Shown here piece by piece: positions 26,641 to 33,422 of a stretch of 45,817 bases of DNA (the first letter of the stretch is position 1; each line of letters begins with the position of its first letter). This DNA is from a virus. Its lineage: Duplodnaviria > Caudoviricetes. The translations under genes were made by a program, and so were the position numbers. The stretch spans positions 1 through 45,817 of IMG/VR virus record IMGVR_UViG_3300046000_002502. The stretch is one strand, 5' to 3'. The notes below the pieces were generated by a model. The model saw only the letters and a list, made by a program, of their open reading frames with translations. It did not search any database and was not told where the DNA came from.

Positions 26641-27113
26641 TACTTGGCCGCCGCCTTGCTCAGCATCTTCTGCATCACCAGCAGCTCATCGTCGCTTAGA
26701 CCCTTCAGGTTCATGGACGCGACCGTGATTGGGCCGCCGTCGGCGCCAGTATGCTCTTGCGTGACCTTGTCGCCGTACTTCCTCGGAGACGTCTTCGCCG
26801 CGTGCCACTTGCGTGCGTCGATGCGGTTGCGCGCCCTTTGCGGATCCGTCTCGGTGTCCGAGATGTCTAGGATCTGCGCCGCAAACGTATCCTGCTGATC
26901 CTCGCGCGCACGCGCGTAGGCTTCGGCAAACGCGGGCTGCTTCCTGAGCCACCCATAAACGGCATCCAACCCCGGCATGTCGTCGTCAGAACAGATCGAC
27001 GTAATCGTCCGCCCTTTGGAGATCATGACGCAAATACGCTCAGCGACGGCGACGGTATACGTCGACTTGGCTCCGTCCTGCTGCCTCAACTCAGGCGGTT
27101 TCTTTTTAGTCAT
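26640..27113 (-). CDS. terS: terminase small subunit (Sf6 gp1-like)
   Basis: ICVMISKGRTITSIC...MPG...WL...FAEAYARARE, RIDARKWHAAKTSPRKYG, EHTGADGGPI; directly upstream of TerL. Confidence 0.9.
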   Translation of the reverse strand: MTKKKPPELRQQDGAKSTYTVAVAERICVMISKGRTITSICSDDDMPGLDAVYGWLRKQPAFAEAYARAREDQQDTFAAQILDISDTETDPQRARNRIDARKWHAAKTSPRKYGDKVTQEHTGADGGPITVASMNLKGLSDDELLVMQKMLSKAAAK

Positions 27114-27135
27114 TCGGCCTCCAGCTTAACTTAAC

Positions 27136-27178
27136 GTCCAGACGCGGACGGAGTGTGGGGGGACGCCCGCGTCTGGAC
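27136..27178. other. 12-bp inverted repeat between GapR and TerS
   Basis: GTCCAGACGCGG (27136-47) / CCGCGTCTGGAC (27167-78). Confidence 0.55.
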
Positions 27179-27201
27179 TCTAGCCCTGGGATGGGGCAGG
27201 G

Positions 27202-27471
27202 CTATTGCTTTGACTGTAACACATATTGCCCGAGCGGTGTATCGGAGAGCTGACCGAGGTACAGCTCAATCATCGCCCGCTCGGCTTCACGCTCCTCGAC
27301 GGTTCTCTTCCGGAGCGCGACGATCTTGCGGATGATCTTGGTGTCGAAGCCATTTCCCTTGGCCTCTAAGTAAATTTGCTTAATGTCTTCAGCGACTGCG
27401 GCCTTCTCGACCTCCATCCGCTCAATTCGTTCGATCACTGACTGGAGCTGGTTGTTGGTTATGTCTATCAT
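27202..27471 (-). CDS. GapR-like nucleoid-associated protein (DUF2312)
   Basis: QLQSVIERIERMEVEKAAVAEDIKQIYLEAKGNGFDTKIIRKIVALRK; GGAGG RBS before ATG at 27471. Confidence 0.9.
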   Translation of the reverse strand: MIDITNNQLQSVIERIERMEVEKAAVAEDIKQIYLEAKGNGFDTKIIRKIVALRKRTVEEREAERAMIELYLGQLSDTPLGQYVLQSKQ

Positions 27472-27657
27472 GTTGTCCTCCATTGACGGCATCGAGGATG
27501 TACTGAGCTTGATCGAGGCAGTACTCACACAGCTTCGGGCACACGGGCGAGCCGGTGTACGAGCATAGAGCTGTTGCGATTGTTTCGACCATTTCCCATC
27601 CTCTGAGGCAAACCTAGCAGCACCCAAAAAAAAAATCAAAAAAAGTTATCAGCCCAC

Positions 27658-27705
27658 TTGCAACCAGAAATTAGTTCTGGTAGGGTTACTTCATCGGCCC
27701 AGACC
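27658..27705 (+). promoter_or_regulatory. early promoter/operator/leader cassette copy 1
   Basis: TTGCAA-17 bp-TAGGGT; spacer overlaps the perfect inverted repeat ACCAGAA-N5-TTCTGGT; leader TCATCGGCCCAGACC; upstream A-tracts 27626-27644. Confidence 0.8.
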
Positions 27706-27725
27706 AACCAACCCCGGAGCCCAGC

Positions 27726-28016
27726 ATGTCCTACGCCCCCTACTACAACACCCCCGCCATGACGCAGCCCGCCCTGAGCGGCCTGATCCATCACGCTGAG
27801 ACGCGAGTGTTCTTTGAGTACAGCGCCCGCCCCGATGGTGACCGCCCCGGCTTGTCAGTGACTGATTTCCCCTCCCGCGTTTTCACTTGCGACGGCGATC
27901 GCGCCGCCCGCATCTTGAAGACCGTGGCTTATGTGGTCATCGACGAGGACGCCGACGGTGAGCCAATCGTCGAGAAATGGCCCCTCGCCAGCAACCGCGC
28001 CTACGCAACAATATAG
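27726..28016 (+). CDS. early hypothetical protein
   Basis: 96-aa ORF with GGAG RBS directly after cassette 1. Confidence 0.7.
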   Translation: MSYAPYYNTPAMTQPALSGLIHHAETRVFFEYSARPDGDRPGLSVTDFPSRVFTCDGDRAARILKTVAYVVIDEDADGEPIVEKWPLASNRAYATI

Positions 28017-28029
28017 GGGCTTCGGCCCC
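28016..28029 (+). other. UUCG tetraloop hairpin
   Basis: GGGGC-TTCG-GCCCC immediately at the stop codon. Confidence 0.55.
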
Positions 28030-28064
28030 TACCTACCCAGCCAGCCAGACCAACGGAGACCAAC

Positions 28065-28352
28065 ATGACCCAGACTTTGACGCAGACAGAGATCCAGACC
28101 CTCGCCGCCGTCTACACCGACGCCATTAAAGACGCGGTGACGACCGACGAGTGGAATGAGATCGTGAGGCGCAATGAGACTGAGTACAACGGCGCCTTCG
28201 ACGCCACGCACGACTTTGTGGACGCGAACCACTATATCCTCGCGGCGTATGAGGAGATGTTCAGCACGGAGCCGTCTATGGATGAGCGCAACATGATTGA
28301 GCTAACATCAGCCGTCGATTACGCTCTCAAAACTTTTTTCAAAAAAGTTTGA
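28065..28352 (+). CDS. early hypothetical acidic protein
   Basis: 95 aa; preceded by partial leader copy CCAGACCAACGGAGACCAACATG. Confidence 0.75.
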   Translation: MTQTLTQTEIQTLAAVYTDAIKDAVTTDEWNEIVRRNETEYNGAFDATHDFVDANHYILAAYEEMFSTEPSMDERNMIELTSAVDYALKTFFKKV

Positions 28353-28360
28353 GAAAGCAC

Positions 28361-28443
28361 TTGCATCCAGAAATAAGTTCGTGTACGGTCAATTCATCGG
28401 CCCAGACCAAACAAACTAACTAAACCCAAAGGAGACCAACATG
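28361..28443 (+). promoter_or_regulatory. early promoter/operator/leader cassette copy 2
   Basis: TTGCAT-17 bp-TACGGT; 28389-28443 identical (55 bp) to 28744-28798. Confidence 0.8.
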
Positions 28444-28692
28444 ACAAAGACGCACCCGATCAGCCTCAAGATGGAATACGGCCCCAAGACAATTAATGGC
28501 GACTACGCAACGCCAGAAGAGGCGCAAGCGGCGTATTGCAACGCGCGCGATGCCTCTGGGCTTGGTGGGTCGAAGTGGGGTTCAGCGCAGTTGACAAAGG
28601 GCAGCGTGAGCTGCGGTTGGATCAGCTATAATGGGCGCGTATGGTCGTCCAAGAATGACTTGATCCTCGTCATGGAAGCCCCCCAAAAATAA
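28441..28692 (+). CDS. early hypothetical protein
   Basis: 83 aa; RDASGLGGSKW...ISYNGRVW; AAGGAG RBS. Confidence 0.75.
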   Translation: MTKTHPISLKMEYGPKTINGDYATPEEAQAAYCNARDASGLGGSKWGSAQLTKGSVSCGWISYNGRVWSSKNDLILVMEAPQK

Positions 28693-28715
28693 TTTCTGGA
28701 TGTAACATTTTCCTG

Positions 28716-28798
28716 TTGCATCCAGAAATAAGTTCCACTAAGATCAATTCATCGGCCCAGACCAAACAAACTAACTAAACCCAAAGGAGACCAACATG
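28716..28798 (+). promoter_or_regulatory. early promoter/operator/leader cassette copy 3
   Basis: TTGCAT-17 bp-TAAGAT; same leader and RBS as copy 2. Confidence 0.8.
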
Positions 28799-29080
28799 TC
28801 CAACCACTCAGCTCTCGCCGACCGTTACGCCCTCATCAAATCAGAGATCGAAGCCCTGAACAAAGAGCTTGAGAAGGTCCGTTTTGAGATCAAACAGACT
28901 GGCGTTGAGCGCCTTGTAGGCGAGCGCGCGATCGTCGAATTCTGTCTCTCAGAGCGTTCAACGCTCGACACCAAGGCGGCTAAAGAGTTCATGACCGCCG
29001 ACCAAATCGCCGCTTGCACCAAGGTGACGCTGGTCGAGACCCTGCGCATTAAGCCCAACCTCAACGTCGTCGCGATTTAA
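28796..29080 (+). CDS. early hypothetical protein (N-terminal coiled coil)
   Basis: 94 aa, LADRYALIKSEIEALNKELEKV; AAGGAG RBS. Confidence 0.75.
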   Translation: MSNHSALADRYALIKSEIEALNKELEKVRFEIKQTGVERLVGERAIVEFCLSERSTLDTKAAKEFMTADQIAACTKVTLVETLRIKPNLNVVAI

Positions 29081-29090
29081 GGGGGGAACC

Positions 29091-29357
29091 ATGGCACGCA
29101 GCGCACCTGAAATAATCGCCGATCTGTTTGGCTGTGACATTGAGGAGGTGAGGCGGGTGGCGTACCAACCCCGCCACCACTTCTCCCCCGTGTACTCTTG
29201 GGACGACAGCCCATGGTCCTATCTGTGCTGCCCTCCGGCAGGGCGCCAGCCTCCCAAGAGCATCCCACTGAAGTGGGAGATAGTTGGTTCTCCTTGGTAT
29301 GACGAAGCGGGTGCGCGACCCGTGTGGGGTATACAGCACAAAAACACCAAAAACTGA
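29091..29357 (+). CDS. early hypothetical protein
   Basis: 88-aa ORF with GGGGGG RBS. Confidence 0.65.
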   Translation: MARSAPEIIADLFGCDIEEVRRVAYQPRHHFSPVYSWDDSPWSYLCCPPAGRQPPKSIPLKWEIVGSPWYDEAGARPVWGIQHKNTKN

Positions 29358-29395
29358 TCGAACTAGAAATATTTTCTAGATGCAACATTTTCCTG

Positions 29396-29467
29396 TTGCA
29401 TCCAGAATAAAGTTCCGGTAAGTTTAATTCATCGGCCCAGACCGACCAAACCAAAGGATACAACATG
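29396..29467 (+). promoter_or_regulatory. early promoter/operator/leader cassette copy 4
   Basis: TTGCAT-17 bp-TAAGTT; leader TTCATCGGCCCAGACC; AAGGA RBS. Confidence 0.8.
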
Positions 29468-29752
29468 TTCAACCCCGACACCAAGACCCCCGCCCTCGCC
29501 GCTTGCACCTACGTCATCGATGAGATTTCCCTCCCCAACTTCCTGCCGGGCGTCATCTTCTACGACGTGTCGCTGTCGCTGGAAGTGTCCTGTGGCGATG
29601 TCTACATCGACAGCGTTTGTTTCTCTGAAGGCCGCAATTTCAAAATCTTTAAGGTCGGTGATTGGATGTTTGACAATTTCGTCAAGGCTATCAACGCCGA
29701 CGCCAAATGGGCTGACCGCATCATCGACGCTTGCAAGGAGGCAGCGGAATGA
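29465..29752 (+). CDS. early hypothetical protein
   Basis: 95-aa ORF after cassette 4. Confidence 0.75.
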   Translation: MFNPDTKTPALAACTYVIDEISLPNFLPGVIFYDVSLSLEVSCGDVYIDSVCFSEGRNFKIFKVGDWMFDNFVKAINADAKWADRIIDACKEAAE

Positions 29753-29940
29753 GCTTGATCGTCACAATCATCAAGATCACAGACGACATTTCCCCTACGG
29801 GGGATTTGTCCTACGCCTTCCTCGACGCATTCGAGGCAGCAATCTTTGCCCATGAGGCGGCAGAAGCCGGACGCAAAGTTCTTGAGCGTAAGCACATGCC
29901 GCTACAAACATCTGAAACAGCATTGGAGGACATGAAATGA
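29749..29940 (+). CDS. hypothetical protein
   Basis: ATGA overlap with upstream gene; AAGGAGG RBS. Confidence 0.65.
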   Translation: MSLIVTIIKITDDISPTGDLSYAFLDAFEAAIFAHEAAEAGRKVLERKHMPLQTSETALEDMK

Positions 29941-30128
29941 ACAACCCAGTCCAAATCAAACGCGAAGACGACGGCACCATGACCTTGACCTATTTCGGCA
30001 AGGTTGTCGGCTGGATTCGGAAAGATCAGGGCTTGCGCTTGTGGCGCGCAATGACTGTGCATGGCGACATCCTGCACCGTGCCAGCCTCGACAGCGCACG
30101 CGCTGCCCTCATGCAAGCGTACCACTGA
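29937..30128 (+). CDS. hypothetical protein
   Basis: 63 aa; ATGA overlap; GGAGG RBS. Confidence 0.65.
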   Translation: MNNPVQIKREDDGTMTLTYFGKVVGWIRKDQGLRLWRAMTVHGDILHRASLDSARAALMQAYH

Positions 30129-30349
30129 TGGACACGGAAACCCTCGCCCGGATCATGGAAGACCACGAGATCCGTCACCGTGATCTCGCCCTTATTGCGG
30201 GCCGCACTGAGCGGGCCGTCTCAATGTGGGTCAACGGCGTCAGACCTATCCCACGGGCGTTGGCGTTCGTGTTGCTGGCCCTAGATCAGGACAAAATATC
30301 GCCAGAATGGCTCTCCTACCACCTTCGAGAAATGAAGGCGAAGTCCTGA
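30128..30349 (+). CDS. XRE-type helix-turn-helix regulator
   Basis: RHRDLALIAGRTERAVSMWVNGVRPIP HTH pattern; TGATG overlap. Confidence 0.8.
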   Translation: MDTETLARIMEDHEIRHRDLALIAGRTERAVSMWVNGVRPIPRALAFVLLALDQDKISPEWLSYHLREMKAKS

Positions 30350-30378
30350 AGCCTCTAAGAGCCTCGTAGAAGCCCCTC

Positions 30379-30411
30379 CAACGCCCGCTGGTACATACCC
30401 AGCGGGCGTTG
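30379..30411. terminator. hairpin between convergent operons
   Basis: CAACGCCCGCTGG-N7-CCAGCGGGCGTTG 13-bp stem. Confidence 0.65.
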
Positions 30412-30456
30412 TCGTATCGGGCTTCCTTGACCCCTCTGCCGCTATCCCACGATCCA

Positions 30457-31080
30457 TCAGAACGGGATAGGGTCGTCGATCGGCGCCTTGCTGTCAGGAA
30501 TAGCGTCTAGCGGGTCTTTGATTCGGGTGCGAACCCGCTCCACCGTCGACCCCGGAAACGTCTGGTGGATCTTCGCCAGCGCAGGGAACCCGTGGATCAG
30601 GTGCCCGATCTCGTCGAGCGTGTAGACGTCGACGAACCTACCGTCGGGCCTGACCTTGCGTGCGTCGTCCACGGTCCTGACCAGCGCCACCGTCCGGCCA
30701 TCCTCAAGCGCCAGCTCCCAGACCTCAACCGCACGCTCAGGGCTACCCGCTGCCGTCGCTGCCTTGTCGAGCGCACGCCATGCAGCGCACATCCGCTTGC
30801 CCTCCCGGATCACGTCCTGCAGATCGCCGTGCCAGGTCGCCCGGTTGAGCAAGTAGCGTTGCCGATCAAACTTCTCGCGCAAGTCCACCGGGACGAGCAA
30901 CCTCAGCCGATCGACCCCCCACTTGGTTTCCATCTCAATCGCCAACAGATCAACATCGTCGATCTCTGCCTGGCCGGTAATGAACGTGCCAACCGTCGCA
31001 TGCCAGTTGGGGACTGATGGGTGCAAGGTCGCTACACTGAAGTTACTGTTCTCTGTTGCGTGATGCTTGTACTTAGCCAT
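30457..31080 (-). CDS. conserved phage hypothetical protein
   Basis: KWGVDRLRLLV...DDPIPF; likely start MAKYK at 31080. Confidence 0.7.
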   Translation of the reverse strand: MAKYKHHATENSNFSVATLHPSVPNWHATVGTFITGQAEIDDVDLLAIEMETKWGVDRLRLLVPVDLREKFDRQRYLLNRATWHGDLQDVIREGKRMCAAWRALDKAATAAGSPERAVEVWELALEDGRTVALVRTVDDARKVRPDGRFVDVYTLDEIGHLIHGFPALAKIHQTFPGSTVERVRTRIKDPLDAIPDSKAPIDDPIPF

Positions 31081-31142
31081 TTGGACTTCTTTCTGAGTTG
31101 GTTGGGGGCTGTGCCCCAACCTATACGAAGTATAGGGGGGTA

Positions 31143-31269
31143 ACCTCCGCAAACCTCCGCTAATGATTTCAGTTAGTTACGGTATGACCTCCGCAACCTC
31201 CGTACATAGTTCCGCATAACGATTTCAGTGGGTTACGCATCGACCTCCGCAACCTCCGCACAACCTCCG
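31143..31269. repeat. seven ACCTCCG direct repeats (iteron-like)
   Basis: Copies start at 31143, 31153, 31187, 31196, 31243, 31252, 31263, within a ~55-bp imperfect tandem duplication. Confidence 0.75.
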
Positions 31270-32666
31270 TAAGCCTTTTCGGCGTCTAAATAGGCTCCGA
31301 TGACTTGCGCTGCGAGCGGCGGGACGATGGCGTTTCCGTAGGCGCGCAGCTTTCCCACTCTGTTGGGTATCCCATGAGCCAGCAGGGAAATGCCGGGTTG
31401 AGCGCGCCTCGCTTTGCCGTCGGCTCCTGTGAGCCAGATGGCGTTTGACCAATAGCTTTTGCCATGACTTGCAAGTCTGTGATGGCCGTCCGGTTGCTGT
31501 GCGTCCCATCCCTCACGCCCATCCGAAGCTTCATTGCCAAATGTGCTTCCGGCGTTTTGTTGTCCGGCTGAGCGCACGGCGTCGGCCATGTGGCTGTGAT
31601 CTGTTGCGCTACCCAGTTGACGTCCACTTGCCTCTTCTTCCCGTCTGGCGTTTTGCCCGTCGTCGTCATCGCGCCGTCCTTCGGCGTGCGACCACCGTTT
31701 GGCGTTGTCGGCGTCGGCCATGTGGCTAGGTCCGCTACTGCCCGCGCCGTTCTGGGAAGAGACGACTGCTGCCTCGTTGGCAATTGCGATTGCCCCGCCT
31801 TTGCGTCCTCTGCATTCGGCGTCGGCCATGTGGCTGTCATCGCCAGCGCCCTGATCGCCACCAGACCCGCGCTGTTGCCCGCCTCGTTGTTCCCGTTCTT
31901 GGCTGGCGACAAGCTGGTCGGCGTCGGCCATGTGGCTGCTGCCTGACGTGGCAATTGGTCGAGCCTCACCCTCCCATTGGGACCCTCCGTCGCCATACCC
32001 GCGCTGTCCTTCCAGTCGCGTGTTGTTGGCGTCACCCAAGTCGCCGCCATAAATTGAATTTCGTTCCTGAGACGACACCCCGGAGTATATTGTTCTGCTA
32101 CATATTTCTCCCACGCCGCCGCGTCCCCCATTCTCCCCGCATCCTCGACTGTTGGCGTCACCCAAGTTTTCTGCGACCCAGTAGAGGCGGCTCCTGATGT
32201 GGGGGGCGTCCACCGCGCAAGCCGGGATATCGACCCCCCGGCTGGCGTATCCTTCTGCCTCCAGATCAGCTCGCACTCCGTCGAGCCAACCATACCCAGC
32301 CTGTCCCGCAACTTGCTCTCCCATAACGACAGGGGGCCGGACGGCGCCGATGAGACGAAAGAAGTGCGGCCACAGGTGCCTTGGATCGTCGACACCCGCT
32401 CCTTTGCCCGCGACCGAGAACGGCTGGCACGGGCAAGAGCCGGTCCAGATTGGTCTGTCATCGGGCCATCCTGCAAGCCGTAGTGCGTGGCTCCATCCAC
32501 CGATCCCGGCAAAGAAGTGGGCTTGGGTGAAGCCTCTGAGGTCATCAGGTGCAACATCGACAATTGATCTGGTATCGACTTCGCCATCTGCTATGTGCCC
32601 CGCTTTGATAAGGTTACGCAGCCACTGGGCTGCGTAGGGTTCGATCTCGTTGTAATAGGCGGCCAT
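31233..32666 (-). CDS. C5 cytosine DNA methyltransferase, catalytic (alpha-like) subunit
   Basis: FFAGIGG (motif I), GSCPCQPFS (IV), EQV (VI), HIRSRLYWV (VIII), LRAYGNAIV (X); central region is low-complexity with MADA/LGDA repeats. Confidence 0.9.
   Translation of the reverse strand: MAAYYNEIEPYAAQWLRNLIKAGHIADGEVDTRSIVDVAPDDLRGFTQAHFFAGIGGWSHALRLAGWPDDRPIWTGSCPCQPFSVAGKGAGVDDPRHLWPHFFRLIGAVRPPVVMGEQVAGQAGYGWLDGVRADLEAEGYASRGVDIPACAVDAPHIRSRLYWVAENLGDANSRGCGENGGRGGVGEICSRTIYSGVSSQERNSIYGGDLGDANNTRLEGQRGYGDGGSQWEGEARPIATSGSSHMADADQLVASQEREQRGGQQRGSGGDQGAGDDSHMADAECRGRKGGAIAIANEAAVVSSQNGAGSSGPSHMADADNAKRWSHAEGRRDDDDGQNARREEEASGRQLGSATDHSHMADAVRSAGQQNAGSTFGNEASDGREGWDAQQPDGHHRLASHGKSYWSNAIWLTGADGKARRAQPGISLLAHGIPNRVGKLRAYGNAIVPPLAAQVIGAYLDAEKAYGGCAEVAEVDA
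31286..32587 (-). CDS. nested +1-frame ORF: putative MTase specificity (beta-like) subunit with six W[PV]TP modules; start uncertain
   Basis: 433 codons open entirely inside the MTase gene; TWVTPT x2, TWPTP x4; C-terminal LNPAFPCWLMGYPTEW (motif IX-like). Confidence 0.75.
   Translation of the reverse strand: MAKSIPDQLSMLHLMTSEASPKPTSLPGSVDGATHYGLQDGPMTDQSGPALARASRSRSRAKERVSTIQGTCGRTSFVSSAPSGPLSLWESKLRDRLGMVGSTECELIWRQKDTPAGGSISRLARWTPPTSGAASTGSQKTWVTPTVEDAGRMGDAAAWEKYVAEQYTPGCRLRNEIQFMAATWVTPTTRDWKDSAGMATEGPNGRVRLDQLPRQAAATWPTPTSLSPAKNGNNEAGNSAGLVAIRALAMTATWPTPNAEDAKAGQSQLPTRQQSSLPRTARAVADLATWPTPTTPNGGRTPKDGAMTTTGKTPDGKKRQVDVNWVAQQITATWPTPCAQPDNKTPEAHLAMKLRMGVRDGTHSNRTAITDLQVMAKAIGQTPSGSQEPTAKRGALNPAFPCWLMGYPTEWESCAPTETPSSRRSQRKSSEPI
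31577..32167. repeat. six module-boundary direct repeats in the MTase locus
   Basis: CGGCGTCGGCCATGTGGCT at 31577, 31709, 31817, 31919; TGTTGGCGTCACCCAAGT at 32024, 32150; periods 132/108/102/108/126 bp. Confidence 0.9.
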
Positions 32667-32667
32667 A

Positions 32668-33321
32668 TCAAAACGCCTCTGGGTTGCCGGTGAGCGGTGG
32701 CACCTTCATCCATGCCGCGACGCCCGAATTGACCTTGATCAGGGTATCCCAGTCATGGCTCATGTTGCGGGGTTGAGGCACGAACCAGCCAAACCCATCA
32801 AGGTAACCGCCAAAGAATATCTGGCCAGTCCACGTCCTGAACAGCACTTGCCTACCCGAGGCGGGCATGTCCGTTGAGGTGTAGATCCAGACGGGGGTTG
32901 GCTGCGGGGAAGGAGGAGGAACGGGCTTTTCCGTATTGGGGTCACGGAGCGCAAGCCCGGCGCAAGATAAAACACCCTCAATCTCTTCTAAGCACTTTCG
33001 CCCAAAGTTCGGGACGCGAAGAAGCTCCTTGGAGCTACACTCAACGACGTCGCCAATGGTATATAAGCGATCATTCATCAGTGTATTGTAAAGCCGAGTG
33101 CTTAGCTCAAGTGACGGAACAGGGGTGTCTAAAGTGATCTTATGTGGGTGTGTTATGTTGGTTTCCTGTTGAGCTTTTTTCTCTAAAAACGGAACGTATT
33201 CCTTACCGTTTGTCATGTTGGTATTCCTTTGTTTTGCACCCTCTACATACCGGAATTTATTTCCGGGATCAACAGGGGAGTTAGGTGCCTTGACTTCCCC
33301 CACGAATTGAATGTCGGGCAT
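32668..33321 (-). CDS. RNA polymerase alpha-CTD domain protein with C-terminal DUF551-like domain (start uncertain)
   Basis: LELSTRLYNTLMNDRLYTIGDVVECSSKELLRVPNFGRKCLEEI; WIYTSTDMP...VAAWMKVPP. Confidence 0.8.
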   Translation of the reverse strand: MPDIQFVGEVKAPNSPVDPGNKFRYVEGAKQRNTNMTNGKEYVPFLEKKAQQETNITHPHKITLDTPVPSLELSTRLYNTLMNDRLYTIGDVVECSSKELLRVPNFGRKCLEEIEGVLSCAGLALRDPNTEKPVPPPSPQPTPVWIYTSTDMPASGRQVLFRTWTGQIFFGGYLDGFGWFVPQPRNMSHDWDTLIKVNSGVAAWMKVPPLTGNPEAF

Positions 33322-33406
33322 TAACGGGTATTAACGGGTATTAACGGGTATTGACGGGTATTGTGCGGTAATGTCCGTTAATACCCGTTGCTAATCCCCG
33401 TTAATA
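33320..33406. repeat. 10-bp iteron-like repeats, direct and inverted (candidate origin)
   Basis: ATTAACGGGT x3 plus ATTGACGGGT (33320-33359); inverted copies at 33375-33389 and 33397-33406; just downstream of primase-helicase. Confidence 0.75.
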
Positions 33407-33422
33407 TGCGTTGCCCTGTATT

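Noticed and set aside
27472-27639. 5' extension of the GapR ORF (145 aa in track)
   Set aside because: The GGAGG RBS and domain start fit ATG 27471; the extension runs through the promoter region
31081-31152. 5' extension of the 30457 ORF
   Set aside because: Begins inside the ACCTCCG repeats; ATG at 31080 is more plausible, though not proven
31577-32167. Repeat-spacer pattern resembling a CRISPR array
   Set aside because: Repeats are 18-19 bp and of two types, intervening segments are over 80 bp, both frames are coding and no cas genes are present
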